Part shown: one piece after another, positions 20,145-29,563 of the stretch
How the letters are laid out: every line of letters begins with the position of its first letter
Numbering within the stretch: position 1 is the first letter of the stretch
From: an uncultured candidatus Brocadiaceae bacterium
Lineage (GTDB): Bacteria > Planctomycetota > UBA11346
Assembly (NCBI GenBank): GCA_964612995.1
Contig: CAZTGE010000001.1
Location: 15,985-79,984 of the forward strand
Direction: 5' to 3'
DNA: 64,000 bases
Position numbers and translations under genes: made by a program
The notes under the pieces: model-generated
Told to the model about the DNA's origin: nothing
Databases searched by the model: none
Seen by the model: only the letters and a program-made list of their open reading frames with translations

Positions 20145-20392
20145 GGGAAGGGGGCGCTGCCCCCTCGCGCCTTCGGCGCGTCCCAGCCTCCTCGCTGTCG
20201 CTCGTCGCGCTCCGCCGGCCCCACGCGCTTCGGCAAGGCAGGGCCGCTCAAAGCTCGCCCCGGGAGCGCCGATCACCAGGTCGGCATGCCTTGTGTCGCC
20301 TCCACCTGCGTCCAACCGCCCGGCTTTCTTTGGGCTTGGGCCATGGTGACGCAGGTGGAGGCGAGGCATGGCCCTCATTTGCAAGCTTTGAG
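20145..20392. repeat. composite repeat: family A copy (20145-20218) adjacent to family B MITE-like copy 2 (20247-20392, same terminal inverted repeats as 1940-2021 plus a 64-bp insert that creates the long hairpin CGCCTCCACCTGC...GCAGGTGGAGGCG)
   Basis: Direct sequence comparison with 1222-1295 and 1940-2021. It lies in the divergent intergenic region between acpP (minus) and kdsC (plus). Confidence 0.6.
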
Positions 20393-20449
20393 TCGCCCTG
20401 TTCAGCAGGGGACCAAGCGGATGGACTCGGCCGTGGTGGCCCCTAGCGT

Positions 20450-20992
20450 GTGGCCCTGGAGACGGCGATGGTCCTGGTCCGGTGGGAGCGCATCCGGCAC
20501 ATCCTCTGCGACGTCGACGGCGTGCTGACCGAAGGCATCCTCACCTACACCGCAGACGGTGAACAGACCAAAACCTTCAGTGCTCGCGACGGGCATCTGA
20601 TCCGCGTCGCCCTGCGCGCCGGCATCGGTGTCGGGCTGGTCAGCGGCCGACGCTGCGCGGCGCTCGCCAATCGCGCCGACGACCTGGGGTTGAGCCCCTG
20701 TTTCCTGGGCGTGAGCGACAAACGCGCGGTGGTCGCCGACTGGCTGGCGCAGACCGATGGGCTCGACTGGGAACACCTCGCCTTCGTCGGCGACGACCTG
20801 CCGGATCTGCGCCTGTTCGGCGCGGTTGGTTGCGCGGTGGCGGTGGGCGACGCCGCGCCGCGGCTACGACAGTGCGCCGATCTGGTCACCGCGGCACCTG
20901 GCGGGCGCGGTGCAGTGGGCGAGTTCATCGAGCGCCTGCTGCGCCGGCGCGGCGCCTGGAGCCCCGACGAGTGGGGTCGGGTCCATGGCTAG
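20450..20992 (+). CDS. kdsC: 3-deoxy-D-manno-octulosonate 8-phosphate phosphatase (HAD superfamily, KdsC)
   Basis: HAD motif I (LCDVDGVLTEG), GRRCAALANRADDLG, and the C-terminal FVGDDLPDL pattern characteristic of KdsC. GTG 20450 or ATG 20468. Confidence 0.8.
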   Translation: MALETAMVLVRWERIRHILCDVDGVLTEGILTYTADGEQTKTFSARDGHLIRVALRAGIGVGLVSGRRCAALANRADDLGLSPCFLGVSDKRAVVADWLAQTDGLDWEHLAFVGDDLPDLRLFGAVGCAVAVGDAAPRLRQCADLVTAAPGGRGAVGEFIERLLRRRGAWSPDEWGRVHG

Positions 20993-21632
20993 CCGCGCCG
21001 CCTGCCGGTCGGGGCGCATGGTCGCCTGGGGCCTGCTGCTCGGCTGCTGGATGCTGCTCGGCTGCAGCGATCCCCCACCGCTGCCCGAACCCGGCGTCGT
21101 CGGCGGACTGCTCCACCTCTGGCGCGCTGGCGAGGCCGAACCGGTGGTGGCGAGCGCCCACCGGGTGCGTCAGCTCGGCGCTGATCTCGGGCAGCTGCGA
21201 TTCCAGGTCCTGCGCGCGTGGATCCCCCTGCGCCAGGGGCGCCTGGTCGTCGCCGCGCCAGCCGGAACGATGGACACTGCCGCCGACACCAGTGCGGAAC
21301 GCCACCGCATCGCGATTCCGGAGGAGGACGGCCCGATCCGTTTCACCGGCGTCGAACGCGGCGAACCCTTCGTTGGCGTTGCCACGCACGGCGCCATCAG
21401 CGACGGTGGCCGGGTATTGGTCCTCCATGCGGTCAAACTGATCCAGGCCGGCCGGGCCTATCGCATGGCCCGGCTCGAGGTGCCCGAGGCCCTGTCCCGC
21501 CGCGAACTGCGCTACATGGTCGGCGAAGGCGACATCGCCGATCGGCCGGCGACGGCAACGCTGTGCGTTGCGCTCGGGGCGCTGCCACGCGATCTGCAGC
21601 TCGATCCCCCCGCCCAGCCCCCCACGCCCTGA
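20985..21632 (+). CDS. lipoprotein, possibly LptC-like
   Basis: ATG 20985 overlaps the kdsC stop. Signal peptide with lipobox (LLGCWMLLGC-S). The position after kdsC suggests LptC, but no sequence-level support. Confidence 0.45.
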   Translation: MASRAACRSGRMVAWGLLLGCWMLLGCSDPPPLPEPGVVGGLLHLWRAGEAEPVVASAHRVRQLGADLGQLRFQVLRAWIPLRQGRLVVAAPAGTMDTAADTSAERHRIAIPEEDGPIRFTGVERGEPFVGVATHGAISDGGRVLVLHAVKLIQAGRAYRMARLEVPEALSRRELRYMVGEGDIADRPATATLCVALGALPRDLQLDPPAQPPTP

Positions 21633-21637
21633 GCCGA

Positions 21638-23860
21638 TCAGGGCAGGCGGTTGGCCCGGCGCAGAGCCCAATCGACGCACAGCAGCCCGACCACCAGCAG
21701 GAAGACCCAGAACCGGTCCCACAGCCGGATGAAATGGCGGCTCTGCTCGTGGTGGGAGAGATCGGGCAGGGCGGCGATCAGCCGCGCGGCCGCGTTGCCC
21801 CCCTCCGCTGCATCGGGCTCGGGCGGACCCCAGACCCCCGTGCGCCCGCCGCTGGCAGCGGAGAGCCGGGCCATGGCCTCGTGGTCGGCGCGCGGATCGC
21901 GCCGTTCGCGCTGCGAGGGCAGCACCACCAGCTCGCCAGCGCGTACGTCGGTCGCGGGCAGACCGTCGATCAATTCGAGGTGCCAGGATCCGGGTTGCCC
22001 CGGCGCCGGCACCTCGGCCGCGAAAGCCGGCTCGCCCGGCACCCGCAACAGCCGGTACTTGAGCCGGCGATCGCCAGGCCCGCGCAGCTGGACGGTGACC
22101 GCGTCGGGCAGGTCGGAGCGCTGCTCGCCCGGCGTCTGGGGGGCCACGGCAAGCTGGACGCGCTGCCCCGTCTGGGCGCGGTAGGGCGTGGCGGCGGCCC
22201 GCCAGGGGTGGGTGTCCAGACCCTTGCCCGCGCTGGCGTAGCGCAGCAGCGGGCTGTGGAAGCGGTTGAGGTAGTAGTCGCCGACGTTGCGCCGCCAGCG
22301 CCAGGTGTCGTCCACCGCGACCAGCACGCTGCGTCCGGCGCCGATGCGCCGCGCCACCACCACCGGTTCGCCGGAGCGGGCCTCCATCAGCACCTGGGCC
22401 GGCTGGCGCAGGGAGCCGATCGGCAGCAGACCACGCAGGCGCGGCAGCGCCTGCCAGGTCCCGCTGCCGGGATCGAACAATTTCAGACCCCTCGCTGCCG
22501 GAGCGCGACGGATCGCCCGGGCCTCGTTGGCGAGGTAACCGCGCTGGATCTCGGCGGTGGACGGCAGTTCGGCCGGAATCAGCTTGCTCAATGGGCCGTC
22601 GCGGAACCCGGCGATGGCGCCGCGTTCGCCGGGGATCCACACCAGGCCGAGCCCCTGCTGACGCACCGCGGTGGCGAGGTTGTTCATCTGGGTCTTGTCG
22701 AGCGTGTGCGCATCGATGTCGCCGATGATCACCGCATGGTAGTCCTCGAGCTGGACCGTGCCCAGCGGCAGCACGGTGCCGCCGTAGCGCTCGTCGCCCC
22801 AGCGCCGCCACCCGCCGTCGGCGAGATAGGAGTGGACGGTGACGGTCTGATCGCGGTCGAGCGCGTTGCGCAGATAGCGCATCTCGTAGCGTGGGTGGTG
22901 CGCGAGCATCAGCACCTGGAGGTTGCGCGGTCTGACCTCGACCGGGATCGACATGCGGTGAGACAACTCGCCAGCGGTGACCTCGGCGGTGAGCCCGGCT
23001 CGACCCTCGTCGTGGAGGGTGACATCGAGCTCGGGGCTGAAAGACTGCACCGTGACCGGGTCTGCAGCGGGATCGGGCGTGAGCGTGGTCTGTGCGAGGA
23101 CCTCGTCACCCTGGCGGATGCGCACGGTGATCGGCGCGTCGCCGAGGCTGCGCCCGCTGAAACGGACCTCGAAGGGGTTGGCCTCGCCCAGGGCGAGGTC
23201 GCGGTTGCCCTCGATCTCGTCGATGTGCAGCTCAGGGCTGACAGCCGTGCCGCCGACGCTCAGAGTCCACACGCCGTGCTCCGGGCCGCGGCCGCGAGCG
23301 AGCGAGCGCCCCACCGCGTCGAGCGCCGGACCGTCGTTGACGCGCCCGTCGCTGACCAGGATCACCAGCTCGTACTGGGGATCGCGCGCGACCTCGCCGA
23401 CCTGGCTGCCCAGCGGGCTGATCGGAGCGTCGGCCGCGAGCGCGTCGAGCTCATCATCGTCGACCCGGGCGAGCGCGTCGCCGAGCCGGTACCAGCTGAC
23501 CGTGTGCCCGTCGGTCACCGTGGCGAGCGCGGCGCGCAACGGAGCGAGCACGGCGAGCCGGTTGTCGAGGCCGGGAGCGTCGTCGCGGGCCATCGAGGCC
23601 GAGGTGTCGACCAGCACCGCGATGCGTCCGGGCTTGCTGGTGGTGATGGTCTCGCGCCAGCTCGGGTCGGCGATGCAGGCGACCAGCAACAGGATCGCGA
23701 GCACCCGACAGACCCGCGACAGCCAGCCGGCCAGCCCCGGCGGCCGCGGGCCGTAGCGACGCCAGGCCCACCAGCACAGCGCCGCGGCCCCGAGGACATA
23801 GAGGTAGAGCATCCACCCCTGGGCGTTGGCGAGCACGAATTCCAGATCGCTAGCGCCCAT
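21638..23860 (-). CDS. VWA-domain membrane protein (BatB-like), N- and C-terminal TM segments
   Basis: MIDAS motif IAVLVDTSASMARDD, N-terminal TM (LYLYVLGAAALCWWAW), C-terminal TM (FWVFLLVVGLLCV). Confidence 0.75.
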   Translation of the reverse strand: MGASDLEFVLANAQGWMLYLYVLGAAALCWWAWRRYGPRPPGLAGWLSRVCRVLAILLLVACIADPSWRETITTSKPGRIAVLVDTSASMARDDAPGLDNRLAVLAPLRAALATVTDGHTVSWYRLGDALARVDDDELDALAADAPISPLGSQVGEVARDPQYELVILVSDGRVNDGPALDAVGRSLARGRGPEHGVWTLSVGGTAVSPELHIDEIEGNRDLALGEANPFEVRFSGRSLGDAPITVRIRQGDEVLAQTTLTPDPAADPVTVQSFSPELDVTLHDEGRAGLTAEVTAGELSHRMSIPVEVRPRNLQVLMLAHHPRYEMRYLRNALDRDQTVTVHSYLADGGWRRWGDERYGGTVLPLGTVQLEDYHAVIIGDIDAHTLDKTQMNNLATAVRQQGLGLVWIPGERGAIAGFRDGPLSKLIPAELPSTAEIQRGYLANEARAIRRAPAARGLKLFDPGSGTWQALPRLRGLLPIGSLRQPAQVLMEARSGEPVVVARRIGAGRSVLVAVDDTWRWRRNVGDYYLNRFHSPLLRYASAGKGLDTHPWRAAATPYRAQTGQRVQLAVAPQTPGEQRSDLPDAVTVQLRGPGDRRLKYRLLRVPGEPAFAAEVPAPGQPGSWHLELIDGLPATDVRAGELVVLPSQRERRDPRADHEAMARLSAASGGRTGVWGPPEPDAAEGGNAAARLIAALPDLSHHEQSRHFIRLWDRFWVFLLVVGLLCVDWALRRANRLP

Positions 23861-25700
23861 AGGCCCTCCCGGCCCAGGCGGCGAACGCGCCCTCGCCCAA
23901 GGCGACCAGCAGCACCAGGATCAGCAGGGGCAGGCCCCAATCACGGCCCCGGGCCCGCGGCAGGACCGCAGCGATATCGATCGCCGAGGCCGGCGGACCG
24001 CCGGTCAGGCGGCTCTCTTCGGGATCGGCAAACACCAGCACCGGCTGGGCCTCGGCGGCATCGCTCGTCTGCGCCTGCCACAGGCCGGGAGCGACGAGCA
24101 ACGGCGCACCGAGCGGCCAGGACACACGCTCGCCCTCGCGCACCAGGGTCTGTTCGCGTTGGGCCCGCATGCCGGCCTGCAACAGGCGGGGGCGACCGGC
24201 GTCCGCGGCCAGCTGACGGACGCTACGCTGAACCCACAGGGTCGAGGCACCCAGGGCCCAGAAAGGGGAGAGGGATTCGAGCGCGACCAGCTCGCAGACC
24301 ACCCGCCCGCGGCCGGCCTGCAGCGCCACCACCAGAGGGGCCTCGCCGGCGCGCAGCAGCACCCGTGCGTGGCCGGGCAGGATGAACGCGCTCACGCCAT
24401 CTTTCTCGGATTGGCCGAGCCCGGCATGGCGCAGGTAGCTGTCGAGGATCGGCTCGCCGCTGTTGAAGACTCCGCCTGGCAGCAGCTGGTCGCGGTTGGG
24501 CTCAAGACCGGCGACCAATCCGGCGAGCTCGGAGTCGGCACGCAACATGTCGTAGCTGGCCCAGAGAATGCCGCCGGCCTCGACCCAGGCGACCAGTTCA
24601 TCGGCCGCCGCCGGGCGCTCGCGCAACAGGATCAGACCGTCGGATTCCAGCGGTCGGCTGGCCAGCTCGTCGGCGCGCAAGCGATCGACGTCGAGGTAGC
24701 GACCCGCCGCAGCCAGGGCGGTGCCAAGCATGCTGCGCCCGCTGCCGACCACCAGTGTCGGCAGCGCCTTGCGCACGCGCAGCGGCAGCTCGATGGCGTC
24801 GTCGTAGGTCAGGCCGTCGTCGTGCAGGCGTACGCGCACCCGGTGCTCGCCGACGCCCAGCGGCGGCAACGCCACCCGCGCCAGGCCATCGGTCACGCTG
24901 AGTTCCACCGGCAAGGGCGAGCCGTCGTCGACGCTCAGGCTGGCCCGGCGCGGCGTGCCGGCCACCCGCAGGGCGAGCTCGCTAACCGCTCCGGGGGCCG
25001 GTTCGGGCAGCTCGGCGATACCGGCGATGAAGGCGTTGTCGGCGGATTCGCCGACCGGCAGGCGGTTGACGCTGCGGACCCGCTCGCGCAGCACCGCTTC
25101 GAGCTGGGTGCCGTCGTCCTGACGGAAATCGGAGACCAGCAGGACATCGGTGTTGCGATCGCAGTGCGCGAGCACCGCTTCGGCCAGCTCGCCGGTCGCG
25201 GCACGATCCAGGCCACCGGGCACCGGAGTGGCATCGAGCTCCTCGAGCAGTCGCAGCGCACGACGCGGGTCAACGCTCTGACCGCCGGTAAGAGCGTTGA
25301 CCCGTCGGTCGACCGTCAACACCACCACCGCGTCGGTATCGATGCTGGCCTCGCTCATCGCGCGGCGGAAGGCCGCCAGCGCGCCGGTGCCATCACGCAG
25401 CGCGCCCATGCTCGCGGTGGTGTCGATCACCAGCAGCAGGCGACCACCCGAACCGAAACCGGCGAGGCTCGGACGGGCCAGGGCCAGGGCGAGCAGGGCG
25501 ACGATCAGACAGCGCAGCAGCAACAGCAGCAGATTGGTCAGGCGATACCGGCGCTGCGCAACCTCGAGCGCAGCCAGCAGCCAGGTCATCGCGGCCCAGG
25601 GCCGGTCCTTGGGTCGCTGGCGCAGCAGCAGGTGGATGGCGATGGGCGCGGCGATGGCCAGGCCACCCCACAGGAGCCCCATGTTGACGAAACTGAACAC
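23850..25700 (-). CDS. BatA-like protein (BatA N-terminal domain plus VWA domain)
   Basis: N-terminus MFSFVNMGLLWGGLAIAAPIAIHLLLRQR (BatA_N). MIDAS motif LLLVIDTTASMGA. C-terminal TM LPLLILVLLVALG. Overlaps the downstream VWA gene by 11 nt. Confidence 0.75.
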   Translation of the reverse strand: MFSFVNMGLLWGGLAIAAPIAIHLLLRQRPKDRPWAAMTWLLAALEVAQRRYRLTNLLLLLLRCLIVALLALALARPSLAGFGSGGRLLLVIDTTASMGALRDGTGALAAFRRAMSEASIDTDAVVVLTVDRRVNALTGGQSVDPRRALRLLEELDATPVPGGLDRAATGELAEAVLAHCDRNTDVLLVSDFRQDDGTQLEAVLRERVRSVNRLPVGESADNAFIAGIAELPEPAPGAVSELALRVAGTPRRASLSVDDGSPLPVELSVTDGLARVALPPLGVGEHRVRVRLHDDGLTYDDAIELPLRVRKALPTLVVGSGRSMLGTALAAAGRYLDVDRLRADELASRPLESDGLILLRERPAAADELVAWVEAGGILWASYDMLRADSELAGLVAGLEPNRDQLLPGGVFNSGEPILDSYLRHAGLGQSEKDGVSAFILPGHARVLLRAGEAPLVVALQAGRGRVVCELVALESLSPFWALGASTLWVQRSVRQLAADAGRPRLLQAGMRAQREQTLVREGERVSWPLGAPLLVAPGLWQAQTSDAAEAQPVLVFADPEESRLTGGPPASAIDIAAVLPRARGRDWGLPLLILVLLVALGEGAFAAWAGRAYGR

Positions 25701-25853
25701 GGCAGACCAGTGATACGGACTCGCCCGCCGACCACCAGCGCCTATTGTCCGCTGGACAGTCCCACCACCGCCATAGTCTGAACGCTGGCATCAGAACCCA
25801 CGTCGGCTTTCGCCACATGGCGGACCCGGCCCCCCCCCCACGAGGATCGCTAC

Positions 25854-28754
25854 ATGAGCGAGTCGACCACCGACATCGCACAAGCCAGTCGCAAACCCAT
25901 GCATATCGGTTCGTACCGGGTGATCGGCAAGATCGGCCAGGGCGGCATGGGCACGGTCTACAAGGCGATCCAGACCAGCATCGACCGCATCGTCGCGCTC
26001 AAGGTGCTGGCGCCGCATCTGGCCCGGGACGCCCAGTTCGTCGACCGCTTCCTGCGTGAGGCGCGCAGCGCGGCCCGACTCTCGCACCGCAACCTGGTCT
26101 GTGTCTACGACTGCGGCGAACAGGTCCTGCCGGCCAGGCGTGCCGACGGCACGGATGGAGAACGCACTGTCTACTACTTCAGCATGGAATACGTCGAAGG
26201 CTGTACGCTCGGCGAATGGGTCCAACGCCATGGGCTGCCAGACGAACACGACGGCCTCGGGCTGATGCGCAAACTCGCCGTGGTCCTCGGCTACGCCCAC
26301 GAGCGCAACCTGGTCCATCGCGACGTCAAACCCGACAACATCCTCATCGACGCCGAGGGCGAACCACGGCTGTGCGACCTCGGGCTGGCGAAGCCGATCG
26401 ACGCCCTGGTCGCGGCCGATGACGACGCGGCCACGAACCGTCATGACCCCGCGCGCATCGACGCCGGCCTGACCCAGGTCGGCACCACCCTGGGCACGCC
26501 GCGCTACATGGCCCCGGAACAGGTCACGCGCGCCCAGATCGACGGGCGGACCGACCTCTATGCGCTCGCCGCCACCTTCTTCCACGTGTTCACCGGTCGC
26601 CCGCTGTTCGTCGGCGACGACGGCCAGAGCGTGGGACGGATGCACCTGGACCGACCGCCCACGCCCATCCGCCAGCTGCGCAAGGAATTCTCGCGCGAGA
26701 CCGAGGCTCTGCTGCTGGAAATGCTGGCCAAGCGACCGGACCGGCGACCGGCCGACGCCGCAACGGTGGCCGCCCGGATCGACCGCATCCGCGCAGGCGC
26801 AGCGCGCGCTCCGGGCCGGGGTCAGCCGCGCCCCGGTGCGCGTGGGCCCGGGCGCGCGCGCCGCGAGCGCTCGCGCGGCGCCACGCCGGTGATCATCACG
26901 ATCGTCGCGGTGCTGGCCATCGGCCTGGGGGCGATCGCGCTGCTCGACAACGATGCCGCGCCACGCGCCACGAAGCCATCACCGGCGGAAGCCGCACCGG
27001 GGCCGGAGACGGAGACGGGGCCGGAGGCGCCCACCGACCAGGCCGCGGCGCTCGAACGGCTGACCGACAGCTACCGGTCGGTGCGCCGCGAACAGCCCGC
27101 CGACTTCGCCACCGCCACGCAGCGGCTCGCACGTCTCGCGGCACTCGGCGCGGCAGGGCGCGAGCGCGCGCACTCACTGCGCGCCGAGCTGGAAGCGGAT
27201 TGGGATGCCCACGCCCAGGCGCGCTGGCAGGAGCTCGAGGCCGAAGCCGCGACGCTGGTCGCCGCGGATCGCTACGACGCCGCGCTCGCGGTGCTCGCCG
27301 GAATGCCACGCAGCCTGGCCGAACGCATTCCGCAGACCATCGCCGCACGCCAGACGGCGATCCGCCAGGCCGGCGAAACGGCGTTGCTCGCCGCGCTCGA
27401 CCGGTGCGAGCACGCCCTCGCCGACGGCGATCCCACGACGGCCGCGCAGGCACTGCAGTCCAGCCGCTCGATCGCCTGCGCCGATGCACGCACCCAGCAC
27501 CAGGATCGCCTCACGACCCTGGACCGGCGCGTGAGCGAGGCCCGGAGACGCGGCGGTGATACGCCGGGCCAACCGGGCGGGGTACGGGAGACGCGACCGG
27601 AGGCGTGGACGCCAGTCGCCACACGCCTCGTCGCCGCGCTGCTGGGCCAGGGCAAGAACGACTACCGGAGCGTTCTCGACGACGAGGCCCGCCAAGCCGA
27701 ATCGGCGATCGCAGACCTGCTGACGGCAGCCGAAGCGGTGGCCGCCGCCGACACCCGGCTGCGCGAACACCTCGCCGAACGCAGCCGTTCCCAGGCCACC
27801 GGTCCGGTATCCATCGCCACCACCACCGCCGGCGAGCGCACGGGCGAATTCGCCGACGCCGGAGCCGCAGGGATCCAGCTGTCGATCCGCGTCGCCGCCG
27901 GCGAGGCCTCGGGCCACGGCGTGCTGCGGGTGGCGTGGGAGGAACTCACCCCCGCGGAGCTCGCCACGCGACTGACCGGCTGGCAGGCACGAGAGCCGGC
28001 GGCAGCGGTGGCGACGGCGGCGCTGCAGCTGCGCTGCGGTGCCATCGACGCGGCCGCGCGCTCGGCGCAGGCCTGCGCCGAGCACCCGCTCGGTGCAGCG
28101 CTGGCACAGCAGATCGCGGCGGCCGAAGCCGCCGCTCTCGGGGCGCAGGCGCAAGGCGCCTGGCAAGCGCTGCTCGAGCGCGTGCCACGCGAACCGACGC
28201 CGGCCGAGGCCACCGCGCTGCTGAGCGAACTCGCGCGCTGGCGCGCAGAACACGGCCAGAGCCCCTTCGCCGAAGCCGAAGCCAGCGCGATCGTGGCGGT
28301 CGATCAGCGCCTGCGCGACGCCCTGACCGCCAATCTGGTCGCCAACGGCGATTTCGAGGACCGTGATTCGCAGAACTGGCGCCTGGAGACCATGCGCGGC
28401 AGCGAGGTCTCCGTCACCCGCCAGGCCCAAGCCGGCGAATTCGCGCTGCGGGCGACCACCCCCAATCGCGCCCGCGCCCGGCAGCGGATCTACCAGACCG
28501 TGGCCGTGGCGCCCGACCGCCCCTGCAGCTTCTCCGCCTGGGTCTGCTGTCACACCGGCGAGACCACGGTCACCGTGCGCCTCGACGGCCCCGGCGTCCA
28601 CTGGAGCGCACGCACGAGCAAACGGGATTGGAAGCATCTCACGACCAGCTTCACCCCCACCAGCGACAAGGTCCTGCTGGTCTTCGAAGGCACCGCCCGC
28701 GGCATCGCCGATTTCACCATCGACTCGGTCGCGATCCACCCCGACGCGCCCTGA
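25854..28754 (+). CDS. transmembrane Ser/Thr protein kinase with an extracytoplasmic Ala-rich helical region and a C-terminal CBM4_9-like carbohydrate-binding domain
   Basis: Kinase motifs: GxGxxG (GKIGQGGMGTVYKA), VALK, HRDVKPDNILI, DLGLAK, APE. Single TM (PVIITIVAVLAIGLGAIALL) after the kinase domain. The last about 130 aa (NLVANGDFEDRDSQNWRLE...FTIDSVAIHP) match the CBM_4_9 pattern. Confidence 0.85.
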   Translation: MSESTTDIAQASRKPMHIGSYRVIGKIGQGGMGTVYKAIQTSIDRIVALKVLAPHLARDAQFVDRFLREARSAARLSHRNLVCVYDCGEQVLPARRADGTDGERTVYYFSMEYVEGCTLGEWVQRHGLPDEHDGLGLMRKLAVVLGYAHERNLVHRDVKPDNILIDAEGEPRLCDLGLAKPIDALVAADDDAATNRHDPARIDAGLTQVGTTLGTPRYMAPEQVTRAQIDGRTDLYALAATFFHVFTGRPLFVGDDGQSVGRMHLDRPPTPIRQLRKEFSRETEALLLEMLAKRPDRRPADAATVAARIDRIRAGAARAPGRGQPRPGARGPGRARRERSRGATPVIITIVAVLAIGLGAIALLDNDAAPRATKPSPAEAAPGPETETGPEAPTDQAAALERLTDSYRSVRREQPADFATATQRLARLAALGAAGRERAHSLRAELEADWDAHAQARWQELEAEAATLVAADRYDAALAVLAGMPRSLAERIPQTIAARQTAIRQAGETALLAALDRCEHALADGDPTTAAQALQSSRSIACADARTQHQDRLTTLDRRVSEARRRGGDTPGQPGGVRETRPEAWTPVATRLVAALLGQGKNDYRSVLDDEARQAESAIADLLTAAEAVAAADTRLREHLAERSRSQATGPVSIATTTAGERTGEFADAGAAGIQLSIRVAAGEASGHGVLRVAWEELTPAELATRLTGWQAREPAAAVATAALQLRCGAIDAAARSAQACAEHPLGAALAQQIAAAEAAALGAQAQGAWQALLERVPREPTPAEATALLSELARWRAEHGQSPFAEAEASAIVAVDQRLRDALTANLVANGDFEDRDSQNWRLETMRGSEVSVTRQAQAGEFALRATTPNRARARQRIYQTVAVAPDRPCSFSAWVCCHTGETTVTVRLDGPGVHWSARTSKRDWKHLTTSFTPTSDKVLLVFEGTARGIADFTIDSVAIHPDAP

Positions 28755-28918
28755 CCAGCAAACCGGCACCCGGGCAAACCCGTGACCAGAGCAGCGGGGG
28801 CGCGGCGAACGGCGATGCCCAGGCCGATGACGGGGCCGGCGCAATCGCTCGACCATGGCCTTCGCGGACCTGCACGCTATAAGGGCTGCGATCCCGGCCG
28901 TCGGGATGGGAGTGGATC

Positions 28919-29563
28919 ATGGCGCGCAAACCCGACACCGTCAGCCTGAGTTACCGTCGTGCGCTGCATCTGCATATCGCCATGACCTACGTGATCTTCC
29001 TCGTGGTCTACGTCGTCATGGTCCTTGCGCTGCCGACCCTGCCGCCCCTGCTGGGCTCGCATCTGGTCACCTGGGCGGTGCTCTCGATCGTCATCTTCAT
29101 CCCGTTCATCTTCCTCAGCGAGACCACGGCTCTGCGCGTCGACCCCGACACCATCCAGGTCGAACGCGCGATCCTGCGTGCGCAGGTCACCACGCGCGCG
29201 TACACGGAGCTACTGCGGGTGCGGCTGCATCCGATCAAGGGCTGCGCCCTCGACCCACGGCCGCCGCGCACGGCGCGCCACTGCGTCTCGATCGAGACCG
29301 ATCAGGACCTGGTGCCGGTGTTCGCCTTCTACAACCGCGACAAGGCCAACCGCTTCGCCAAGCTCGTCGCCAGCCGGCTGAAGCTGCCGCTGTTGCGCTC
29401 GGCCCCTGCAGCCATGGCGGAGTCTGTTGCCGACGCGAATACCGAGCCCGGGGCCGATGCCGCGCAGGCCGAAACCGACTCCAGCGCTGACAGGCCCGAC
29501 CCGGCGGCGGACACCGAAGCGCCAGCCGCGCCCGAGCCGTCCGCAGCGGAGCATCGGGCGTGA
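28919..29563 (+). CDS. hypothetical membrane protein (2 TM) with an acidic Ala/Pro-rich tail
   Basis: ORF 28919-29563 with ATG start and two clear hydrophobic helices. Stop overlaps the next gene's GTG start. Confidence 0.5.
   Translation: MARKPDTVSLSYRRALHLHIAMTYVIFLVVYVVMVLALPTLPPLLGSHLVTWAVLSIVIFIPFIFLSETTALRVDPDTIQVERAILRAQVTTRAYTELLRVRLHPIKGCALDPRPPRTARHCVSIETDQDLVPVFAFYNRDKANRFAKLVASRLKLPLLRSAPAAMAESVADANTEPGADAAQAETDSSADRPDPAADTEAPAAPEPSAAEHRA

Noticed and set aside
21218-25781. 1055-aa (21218-24385) and 651-aa (23826-25781) plus-strand ORFs
   Set aside because: Antisense to the two VWA/BatA genes. The translations are Arg/Pro/Gly runs without motifs.
27174-28856. 560-aa minus-strand ORF inside the kinase gene
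   Set aside because: It is antisense to the kinase ectodomain. The composition is low-complexity.
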